32,550 bases of DNA, taken from a virus. Lineage: Duplodnaviria; Heunggongvirae; Uroviricota; Caudoviricetes. Both the position numbers and the translations under genes were made by a program. The first letter of the stretch is position 1; every line of letters starts with the position of its first letter. This document shows, piece by piece, positions 1 to 8,265 of the stretch. Below the pieces are notes generated by a model. That model made no database searches. It was not told the DNA's origin and was given only the letters and a program-made list of their open reading frames with translations. The stretch is from positions 1 through 32,550 of the IMG/VR virus record IMGVR_UViG_3300026521_000088, one strand, 5' to 3'.

Positions 1-1
1 G

Positions 2-148
2 TTATCTACATCTACACAAGTACTTAAAGGTGAAAAGAAATTAAAAGGGACAAACAAACTAGAAGAAAGTACTTCCTATTTTACACATATTAAAAAAGGT
101 AGAGCTTATGATGGTCCTAGAGTTATTTATAATTGGATGAGAGATTAG
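2..148 (+). CDS. 3' end of an unidentified gene entering from the left edge (partial)
   Basis: Frame 2 is open from the window edge to TAG at 146-148 (LSTSTQVLKGEKKLKG...YDGPRVIYNWMRD*). It converges on the amidase gene. Too short to assign a product. Confidence 0.55.
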   Translation, partial: LSTSTQVLKGEKKLKGTNKLEESTSYFTHIKKGRAYDGPRVIYNWMRD

Positions 149-159
149 AACCTCTCATC
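136..159. terminator. Possible terminator hairpin between convergent genes
   Basis: GATGAGAG (136-143) and CTCTCATC (152-159) form an 8-bp inverted repeat with an 8-nt loop, spanning the + strand stop and ending just before the amidase stop. No clear U tract. Confidence 0.3.
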
Positions 160-166
160 ATATAAG

Positions 167-925
167 TTATATAGAATTATTAAATAAATCTGCTATAAGT
201 TGCCCTTCTGTACCTGTTTTATGAGCCAGTTTATAATGAGGTACTGCTGGTTGTGTTATATGATATTGCTTATATAATTTTTGTTTAAGTGTTAATAACG
301 ATCGTTTTTGTGCATTTGTTAAAGGTTCCCAAGCACCATTCTTATAAACACCAGTAGCTTCAATACCTATACCTCCATTATTACCTTTAGAACCAGCATG
401 CCATAATTTCTTAGTTGGGTCTCCTATTTGGTAAATTTTACCATCTTGTGTAACAGTGTAATGAGCAGCTAAACCTTGCTTTAAAGCTCTAGGGTCATTC
501 GGTGTATTAAAACCATGTCCAGCTGTTCTATGAGTTACTATTCTATTAGGTGTTTGTGTACCATGATACAATACTGGAATATCATATTTTATAACATTAC
601 CATCTACTACTCCAGTATATTTAGTATTTTGTACTGTATCTGTTGTAGTTGATTTAGACTGTTGTATAGGTTTACCTAAACCTTGTTGAGTCTTTTTATA
701 AGTTAATATATCATTATCTAAAGATTGGTTTAACTGAAGTTTGTTTAAATCTATTTGTTGCTGTTTTTTAATAGCTAAAGCATTAGCTTCTGCTATATCT
801 TTCTGTTGCATATTAGATAAAATACTGGATGTATTACTTTGTAAACCAGGAGCAATATTACCTATATCACTAGATCGATTTTTATTAGCACTTAATTGTA
901 AAGCTTTTTGCATTAAGTTAGACAT
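167..925 (-). CDS. N-acetylmuramoyl-L-alanine amidase (Amidase_2/PGRP/T7-lysozyme family) with a ~100-aa low-complexity N-terminal extension
   Basis: Motifs IVTHRTAG, AAHYTVTQDGKIYQ, LWHAGSKGNNGGIGIEATG and VPHYKL match the Amidase_2 pattern. An SD-like AAGGT lies upstream of the ATG. Confidence 0.85.
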   Translation of the reverse strand: MSNLMQKALQLSANKNRSSDIGNIAPGLQSNTSSILSNMQQKDIAEANALAIKKQQQIDLNKLQLNQSLDNDILTYKKTQQGLGKPIQQSKSTTTDTVQNTKYTGVVDGNVIKYDIPVLYHGTQTPNRIVTHRTAGHGFNTPNDPRALKQGLAAHYTVTQDGKIYQIGDPTKKLWHAGSKGNNGGIGIEATGVYKNGAWEPLTNAQKRSLLTLKQKLYKQYHITQPAVPHYKLAHKTGTEGQLIADLFNNSI

Positions 926-942
926 ATATAACCTTTTAAAAT

Positions 943-957
943 AATTATACTATAATT
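943..957. promoter_or_regulatory. Dyad AATTATA-C-TATAATT giving back-to-back TATAAT boxes between divergent genes
   Basis: Perfect 7-1-7 inverted repeat with TATAAT on + (951-956) and on - (949-944). AT-richness weakens the inference. Confidence 0.35.
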
Positions 958-1024
958 TTAGTAATATACAAAGCTGTTAGTTTTTTATTAAACTTAAATA
1001 AACAATTAAAATATAAGGAGAATC

Positions 1025-1123
1025 ATGAATAAATTACATGAAAAATTAAAATATGAAGAAATACGATATATAAATTATATTAAAGATTTATATATTATAT
1101 TAAAGTTACCATATTATGGATAA
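1025..1123 (+). CDS. Small hypothetical protein, 32 aa (not in the ORF track)
   Basis: Strong SD AAGGAG (1015-1020) precedes ATG 1025. Translation MNKLHEKLKYEEIRYINYIKDLYIILKLPYYG*. It overlaps the next ATG by 8 nt. Confidence 0.5.
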   Translation: MNKLHEKLKYEEIRYINYIKDLYIILKLPYYG

Positions 1124-1274
1124 ATTAAAAGGTTTATTCTATAGTGTTGTTATATTTGCTTTACTTATATTTGGTATAGCATTTTGGTATATCAGTCTAT
1201 TAGTTATCGTTATAGTGTCTATACTATATGCTGGACAACTAATAACTGTTATTGAGAAAGAGCTAAAAGAGTAA
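1116..1274 (+). CDS. Small membrane protein, 52 aa (not in the ORF track)
   Basis: MDKLKGLFYSVVIFALLIFGIAFWYISLLVIVIVSILYAGQLITVIEKELKE* has about 40 uncharged, mostly hydrophobic residues between charged ends. It fills the gap exactly and stops 1 nt from the convergent 1337-aa gene. Confidence 0.7.
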   Translation: MDKLKGLFYSVVIFALLIFGIAFWYISLLVIVIVSILYAGQLITVIEKELKE

Positions 1275-1275
1275 G

Positions 1276-4200
1276 TTACTTACTCAATTGCTCTATATTA
1301 TGAAATAATGCTGGATTTACAATAGTGTCTAGTGTCATTCCAAGTAAATCTGCAGGTGTGTGTATTGAAGATGTTAAATCTCTAGTGAGTAAACTATCTC
1401 CTAGTGGACTATCTTCATATAATGTACCACCTGTTATTACTGCTAATCCTACATTTAAAGGGTTCTTTAAAGTAACCCTACTTAATACTTTTTGTATTCT
1501 AAGTAAGAACTTCGTAAACATCATAAATCCTCTATCTTCTAACCATTGCATACCTTTACCTTGCTTAACATTATAGTTAATTTGATTATCTAATATTTGT
1601 TTTACAGCAACTTTATGTGGTACTCCTTTATGTTTTAAATTATAATATGTTGAGTATCTAGCTCCAAAGTCACTGTATTGCATAGTTTTTAATAAACCTT
1701 TATACATATCAGTATTTTTAGATATATAAAGATACCCTAATACTTTCTTTACTTTATCTGGTACTTTAGTAGTTAATTTCTCAATTCTACTATCTATATA
1801 AGTTTCTCTATGTAAATCAGCATTAGCTATATCTTCTGTAGTAGATGTATACATACCTGCTTCTATTAATGGTTTTACTGGATTTTTCTGTAAATCATTT
1901 ATTAATTCTTTTTTTCTATTTAACTCTTTACTTGTAACTACCCCTGCTTTTTCTTTAACCTTTATCTTCTTTATCTCTTCTTCAGTTTTTAAATAACTAT
2001 CTAAGTATCTCATACCTTTTATTTGTTCTTTAATCTCATCAATAGGGCTTCTTCCTTGTAATACAGCTAATAACATATTTGATAATATATTAAAGTATAG
2101 TACATGAAGAGATCTAACAACAAGTATAGGTTTTAATGTCTTTATCATATGTTTCCATAACATATCAAGTAATCTAATTACTTGTGCTGCTTTAGGGTAT
2201 TTAGCTGCTAACTTATTTTGAGTATCTCTACCAAATAATATAGCTTCTCTGTTCCCAAATACATGATATACTTGGTTTTCTCTTATAGGTATAGATGGAT
2301 GTCTTTTATATAACTCTTTTACTTGTTCTTTAATATCCTCAGATAAGTCTTTACTCTTTCTATATTCTTCAATATATTCTTTATTTAATTTAGATGTAAT
2401 TTCTAGTAATTTAGATACATCTGGATCTAATTCATTGTATCCTTTTTTTAACTCTATCTCTAAATCTACTATTTTATCAGTTTTTACTACTTTATCTTTT
2501 ACTAATACAGCTATTTCTTTTTGTATTCTATTATAGTGTCTTCTTATAATGTCTATTTTAAAATACCTAGGCATAGGATTCCATACTTCTATAGATTTAT
2601 CATTCTGTTCATAAGGTCCTATAAGTACATATTCCATTCTATCATATTTACCTACTCTTTTACCATACTGATAGTTTCTCTCTGCATTTAATTCTACTTC
2701 ATCTAATACTTGTAGATTTACCTTTTTTGATAATCTAATGTCTGCAGCTCTAGCATAGGATTTAGCATATACTGTTTCTACTTTATTTTTAGTTCTAAGT
2801 ACATTTTCTAACTCATTCTTACTTACTGTTATATTCATATCAGATACATATAGTGTGCCTTTATGGTCTATTGACCATATAGGCATCATTCCTGTATTTT
2901 CTGGTATATAGTATTCATTTCTCATTTTAAGCATTTCAGCTTTAACTTCTTGCTCTTTAAGAGACATTATAAGGTTAGTTTCTTTTCTTACAGCATCATG
3001 TTTCTTTTTATCAAATAAATCCTTATCTTCTAACATCTCACTTTTTAGTATATTTGTATATGAATTTATAGCTACAGTATCGTTAGTAGTTTTTACTGCT
3101 CCTGATTTCCAACCAGGTTCAGCATAAGAATCATTAACATATACTGTAAAATTATTATCATGTGTTAATGTATTATATGTATTATCTGATATTTTTATTT
3201 TTTTATAACCACTAAGTAGCATTTTCTTAGCAGTTTCTTCATCATCTCTACCTACCCTATATGTTATATATGCAGCATTAATTTTTTGATGATGTCCTTT
3301 CACTTTATTAATATCATATTGTCCTTCAAATTCTTCAATATGTCTATATTCAGCATCTATCATTTTACTATATCTACTTAGTAGATATATCTCTTTTTCT
3401 TTATCTTTTATAATTTTAGATACTCTAGTATTTAATACATTATCATTTTCTTTAATAGCGTATAGAGTAGCTAATTTATCAATTAAAGCTTTATTATATT
3501 TAGCTATAGGTAAATTATTAGCCATTTTAATATTATCAAATTTATCAGAAAAATAAGTACCGTATATCATATATGAGTTAGGTAATTGCCCTATACTTGC
3601 TTCACCAGTTACCATATACTTACCTAAACCTTTAGCTTGGTTGATAATAACTTGTACTTTATTACCTTTACCTATACTATCTTCTAATTGACTTTGTGTT
3701 AAATATATCTGTGTTTCTAGATAATCTGGATCTTCTAATATTTTTACTAAAGTTTCAAAATTAGATTCTTTAATTTTTGGTAAGTTATCATTTAATATAC
3801 TTTCAAATTCTATATCAACTAAACCTTTAGTAATATCTGTACTTTCACTATCCGTTAATGGTAATATCTCCTTAATAGTATCTGACATAACCATAGTAGC
3901 TGTATCAATAGCATGGTCTATTTTATTAGTTACTACTCCTAGTTTTTCAATATTATATTCATGGTTATCACTTTGTCTAAATCCTCTAATAATCTGTTGT
4001 ATATCACCAGAACCTTTTAAACCTTCAATACCAAAACCTTTAAGTAATTTACCAGGTATTTCTCTCATAAATGTTTCAAAATCACCTACTGTACCCTCAT
4101 CATCTGATACTAACCACTTAGCAAATATTTTAGTGTATATCTTAGTTTTCTCATATTTACTTAAATTTTCATCATCTAATCTATTTAAATCTTCTCGATA

Positions 4201-5289
4201 TTTTTTATTAGCTTCAGTACCTATATTAGCTTTAATCTTATCTACTTGTTTTTGTATTTTAACTGATAAATATTCATTAGCTTGTTCTAACTTATTTGAA
4301 GCATACTTTGATATACCTGTTTTAAATTCTAAATCTTTATATGCTATATTATTTATTTTAGTAATTTCTTGTAAGTATCTAGCCATAGCTTCAGCACCAG
4401 TTTCTTCTTTTCTATTACCTCTAATTTTTTCTCTAGTAACTTCATATAAATTTTTAATTAGTGCTATTAGCTTAGTGTATAATGTATTACCAGTATATTT
4501 TTCCCTTTTAATTTTAACTCTGTTTTCTAAGATATTTTTCACTCTTATATCTGTCTCTGCTCTAGCCATAAATTCATTAATACCTACTCTAGGATTTTTT
4601 AAGTATTCTACTAAATCCTTAGCTATTTTTTGTTCTGTAACTAAGTTTATACTAGTCTCAGGCATAAAATCTGTATACTTTACTTCTTTTAAAAATGCTT
4701 CATATATTTCTTGAATATCTATTATAGATTCTCTTACTTTATCAGGTGCATTTGTTATAGCAAATTCTCTAGCAGCATGTCCTAATTCATGTACATACAT
4801 TTCTGCTGCTGACATTGTATTTCCAGCTATTAATGCACCATTTGATACATCTACATAAATACCTTTCTTTTTGGTATCTGTATCTTCCATAACCATACTA
4901 CCAAAATTTTTATCTGCTTTACTAATTACTTGTACCATATCTGGTATATTTTTATTTAATTCATTAGTTAAATTTTTCATAGTGCTTCTTAATAAATCTT
5001 CATGCTCTTTACTTATTTTAACACTATCTAACTCTAATAATTTATTAAATATTTCATTATGTTTTTGTGGATTATTTATCATATCAGCAGATACCTCTAT
5101 TAAGGTACTACTATTAGTATTTGATGTATCATTTGTAGCATTATATGTAGTTACATCATATACTTCTTCTACTATCTTATTAGCTAATTCTCTAGCTTTC
5201 TTATATTTCATATTAGGAGCTTGTTTTACTAACTCTCCTAATATATCTTCAAATATCTCATTCTTTACTTTTATACTACAATTACTCAT
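1276..5289 (-). CDS. Virion ejection protein resembling the C-terminal part of N4 vRNAP (HExxH metallopeptidase-like domain plus C-terminal domain)
   Basis: AEMYVHELGHAA (HExxH at 4777-4791). The C-terminal MQYSDFGARY...INYN...G.QWLEDRGFMMFTKFLLRIQKV resembles, from memory, the conserved C-terminus of N4-type vRNAP polyproteins. Its only Cys is residue 4. Confidence 0.7.
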   Translation of the reverse strand: MSNCSIKVKNEIFEDILGELVKQAPNMKYKKARELANKIVEEVYDVTTYNATNDTSNTNSSTLIEVSADMINNPQKHNEIFNKLLELDSVKISKEHEDLLRSTMKNLTNELNKNIPDMVQVISKADKNFGSMVMEDTDTKKKGIYVDVSNGALIAGNTMSAAEMYVHELGHAAREFAITNAPDKVRESIIDIQEIYEAFLKEVKYTDFMPETSINLVTEQKIAKDLVEYLKNPRVGINEFMARAETDIRVKNILENRVKIKREKYTGNTLYTKLIALIKNLYEVTREKIRGNRKEETGAEAMARYLQEITKINNIAYKDLEFKTGISKYASNKLEQANEYLSVKIQKQVDKIKANIGTEANKKYREDLNRLDDENLSKYEKTKIYTKIFAKWLVSDDEGTVGDFETFMREIPGKLLKGFGIEGLKGSGDIQQIIRGFRQSDNHEYNIEKLGVVTNKIDHAIDTATMVMSDTIKEILPLTDSESTDITKGLVDIEFESILNDNLPKIKESNFETLVKILEDPDYLETQIYLTQSQLEDSIGKGNKVQVIINQAKGLGKYMVTGEASIGQLPNSYMIYGTYFSDKFDNIKMANNLPIAKYNKALIDKLATLYAIKENDNVLNTRVSKIIKDKEKEIYLLSRYSKMIDAEYRHIEEFEGQYDINKVKGHHQKINAAYITYRVGRDDEETAKKMLLSGYKKIKISDNTYNTLTHDNNFTVYVNDSYAEPGWKSGAVKTTNDTVAINSYTNILKSEMLEDKDLFDKKKHDAVRKETNLIMSLKEQEVKAEMLKMRNEYYIPENTGMMPIWSIDHKGTLYVSDMNITVSKNELENVLRTKNKVETVYAKSYARAADIRLSKKVNLQVLDEVELNAERNYQYGKRVGKYDRMEYVLIGPYEQNDKSIEVWNPMPRYFKIDIIRRHYNRIQKEIAVLVKDKVVKTDKIVDLEIELKKGYNELDPDVSKLLEITSKLNKEYIEEYRKSKDLSEDIKEQVKELYKRHPSIPIRENQVYHVFGNREAILFGRDTQNKLAAKYPKAAQVIRLLDMLWKHMIKTLKPILVVRSLHVLYFNILSNMLLAVLQGRSPIDEIKEQIKGMRYLDSYLKTEEEIKKIKVKEKAGVVTSKELNRKKELINDLQKNPVKPLIEAGMYTSTTEDIANADLHRETYIDSRIEKLTTKVPDKVKKVLGYLYISKNTDMYKGLLKTMQYSDFGARYSTYYNLKHKGVPHKVAVKQILDNQINYNVKQGKGMQWLEDRGFMMFTKFLLRIQKVLSRVTLKNPLNVGLAVITGGTLYEDSPLGDSLLTRDLTSSIHTPADLLGMTLDTIVNPALFHNIEQLSK

Positions 5290-5292
5290 ATA

Positions 5293-8256
5293 TTACTCAC
5301 ATTCTTTAATTTTAGATTTGTATTTATTATACATTTTTTTAGTTAGTTTGTTCTTAATAATATCTCCTTTATTATATGTTAATTCATCTGATAAAAATTC
5401 AGATGGTAATAGTTCAATAATTTTTATATTATTATCACTATTTCTTATATTAGTCTTAAAGAAGTCTATACTATTTTTAGCTTGTTGTAAAGATCTATTT
5501 ATAGTATTTGTTCTAGTACTGTTACTAGTTCTTTTTTGTATTGTATACTTATCATTTTGTAACACAGCTATATCAGATACTTTTAGTATATGTTTATTTG
5601 TACTTGGTGTTAATATTGTATAACCTTTATCTCGTAATATTACTAGTTCATCTGCAAGTTTTTTGTATATTTTATCTTTATTTTTAATTTTTTTAAATGC
5701 TTTAACTATATAATCTGTACTATCAATACCTAGTAAATTTACTAGTACATCATCACTATCTATAATTTTATCATAATTACTAGCTAGAAATGTTTTACCT
5801 GAACCTGAATTAGCTACAATAATCTTATTTTCGTATTCTGGTTTTAGTACACCTATACCTTCTTTAGAGTCTTTATAAAACGAGTTAAAATCCCTTACAT
5901 CTTTTGTCCTTGGTATAAATGGTGCCAGTAAATTCTTAGCATCAAATATAGTAGCTGCTTTAGCAACTGTTACTGTACTACCATTAGGTGCTACCCAATT
6001 AAATGTATCTTCTAATGTTTTCTTTTTATCTTCACTTAAGTCAACCCAAATAGCTTGTATACCTGTTGTTCTTTCAGCAACAATAGTTGTAGTGAACCCT
6101 GACGGATTTCTCTCAATATCAGCTTCGTATGTACCTACAACTTTATTATTTGTATCTACTATATCGTATGCTACAATTCTACTAGATGTACTATGTTCAT
6201 TAAATCTTTTTATATTAGCTAATTTAGTACCTTTTGGTGTAACTGCTAATGTAAGTACACTACTTGATTTTAAAAAATTTTTTGCAGCATACTTCCCTAA
6301 AGGTTCCAATATGTCTATTTTAGCTAAATTACCAATTTTACCTAGTGCATTCATAATAGCTTCATTATCTGGTATTGAGAAATCAAATAATACAGTTATT
6401 TCAGAATTTTGTTGCAATTTATAAATAATTTTACTTATTGTTTCAGGTGTTGAGTCTAATAATGCAAAATCTAAATCATGTAAGTCAGTACCATTTTTAC
6501 CTTGTTTTCTATATATTGTTCCTTGCATAGCTAATGCTTCAGAACCAGTAAACACTGCTGTATTATTAGATGCTTCCATAACATCATATATAATACTAGC
6601 AGCTTTTGGTTGTTGTTTAAAATCATTTGTTGGATTAACTTTTTTAGTACCTTTTTTAGGTTTAAATGATATAGCTTCTGCATTTTCTCCATTATAAATA
6701 TTCAAAGCTAATTGTTTTATATTGAAATCTATTTTATATTGTTCAAATTGTTTTTTATTAAATATTTTAGCAAATGTATATTTTATAAATTTAAGTATTT
6801 TACCTAATATACTATTATCAAAACTTTTACCTAAACCAATGTCTAACAGATCATCTTTAATACCTTCAGATATTTTATGCTTAGCTTCTTCTCTTGTTAT
6901 TGTACAGTCTTTACTTACTTTAGTTATTAAATTATTTACAAATGTTGATTTTTCTAACATATTAACATATATATCAGCATACTTTTTTATACTTATATCT
7001 GCATTATTTACATAACTATCTACAGCTAATACTAGTTCTTTTTTAGTATACTTATCAACACTATCTTTGACATCTGGATACATAGTTTCTAATTTATTTA
7101 AAATTTTATTATATATATAAGTATCCATATCATCATAGGTTTTTAAGTCTTTAGCTTCTAAAAAGTTATTTGTTAAAATATTTCTTAACTCTTCTTTAGA
7201 TTTATTATCTAATTTTTTAAATAACCCTTTAACCCAAGTACTAAACTTTTTCCACCAATTATAAGCTAAACCTTTTTGTACTACTACTTGTTCTCCAATA
7301 GCTTGTACTAAAGCTTCCTCAGTACCATATTTTTTAATACCAGTTTGTACTATAGGTGACTCTTTAAACATTGCTATATAATGATGAGCATATTCATGTG
7401 GTAATGTATCTTGTGTTTGTAGCTCAGGATTTATAAGTACAGATAGAGCTTTTATATCTGCTTTACCTCTAATATTTTTACCTAAGTCTTTATAATCTAG
7501 TTTAATATTAGGGTATAATTTTTTTAATAATTCTTGTAACCTTTTATTTAATTTCTCATCAAATTTACCTGTATTAGGTGTATTTGTTTTTTGAAATTCA
7601 GGTATATCTTTATCTGTATTTACATCTTCAGCATTATCAATATCTGCTAAGTCCAATAAATCTTTATAAGCTTCATTATAAGTTTTATATACACCTATTT
7701 GTAATCTAAGTGCAAATTCATTACTTATATTAACATCTGTTGTAGCTAGTATAGTTTGGAATTTTTCAGGTAAATCTGTTATACTAGTATCAGTAATCTT
7801 TGTATCAGTGTTTGATGTAGTTGGAGTATTAAACCAATCATCTGTATTAGTAGCTCTTTTTTTAGATTTTTTTAATTTTTTTATATTCTTTATTATAGTA
7901 TACCCTTTATCAATATAAAAATTAAAATCATCTATATCATCAAATACACTATGTATATATACTACAGCTGGTTCACCATCCATAGTTAGTATAGGATGTT
8001 CCATCTCAAATGAGAAATAATCATAATTGTATCCTTGTTCTGCTATAACATCTTTTAAACTATTATATTTACTAGTATTAGATTGTTTTTCTTTATTACC
8101 TTTTAAATCGCTACTAATAGTATTTTCTGTATTGTTATTATTTACTAATATTTCTAGTTTATCAACTAAAGGCTGTATAGCCTCTTGTTGTTTTATATTA
8201 TAGTTTAGTGATAGTTCAGCTAACTTATTTAGTAAGTCTAATGCTCCACATTCCAT
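5293..8256 (-). CDS. Polyvalent protein: HExxH metallopeptidase-like, Pol-beta-superfamily nucleotidyltransferase and P-loop kinase-like domains
   Basis: LPHEYAHHY (~7384-7398). FTGSEALAMQGTIYR...LHDLDF...IFDAK...RTKDVRDF (~5890-6555). IIVANSGSGKTFLA...IIDSDD (~5760-5825). Cys only at 3, 451 and 986. Confidence 0.75.
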   Translation of the reverse strand: MECGALDLLNKLAELSLNYNIKQQEAIQPLVDKLEILVNNNNTENTISSDLKGNKEKQSNTSKYNSLKDVIAEQGYNYDYFSFEMEHPILTMDGEPAVVYIHSVFDDIDDFNFYIDKGYTIIKNIKKLKKSKKRATNTDDWFNTPTTSNTDTKITDTSITDLPEKFQTILATTDVNISNEFALRLQIGVYKTYNEAYKDLLDLADIDNAEDVNTDKDIPEFQKTNTPNTGKFDEKLNKRLQELLKKLYPNIKLDYKDLGKNIRGKADIKALSVLINPELQTQDTLPHEYAHHYIAMFKESPIVQTGIKKYGTEEALVQAIGEQVVVQKGLAYNWWKKFSTWVKGLFKKLDNKSKEELRNILTNNFLEAKDLKTYDDMDTYIYNKILNKLETMYPDVKDSVDKYTKKELVLAVDSYVNNADISIKKYADIYVNMLEKSTFVNNLITKVSKDCTITREEAKHKISEGIKDDLLDIGLGKSFDNSILGKILKFIKYTFAKIFNKKQFEQYKIDFNIKQLALNIYNGENAEAISFKPKKGTKKVNPTNDFKQQPKAASIIYDVMEASNNTAVFTGSEALAMQGTIYRKQGKNGTDLHDLDFALLDSTPETISKIIYKLQQNSEITVLFDFSIPDNEAIMNALGKIGNLAKIDILEPLGKYAAKNFLKSSSVLTLAVTPKGTKLANIKRFNEHSTSSRIVAYDIVDTNNKVVGTYEADIERNPSGFTTTIVAERTTGIQAIWVDLSEDKKKTLEDTFNWVAPNGSTVTVAKAATIFDAKNLLAPFIPRTKDVRDFNSFYKDSKEGIGVLKPEYENKIIVANSGSGKTFLASNYDKIIDSDDVLVNLLGIDSTDYIVKAFKKIKNKDKIYKKLADELVILRDKGYTILTPSTNKHILKVSDIAVLQNDKYTIQKRTSNSTRTNTINRSLQQAKNSIDFFKTNIRNSDNNIKIIELLPSEFLSDELTYNKGDIIKNKLTKKMYNKYKSKIKECE

Positions 8257-8265
8257 ATATATCCT

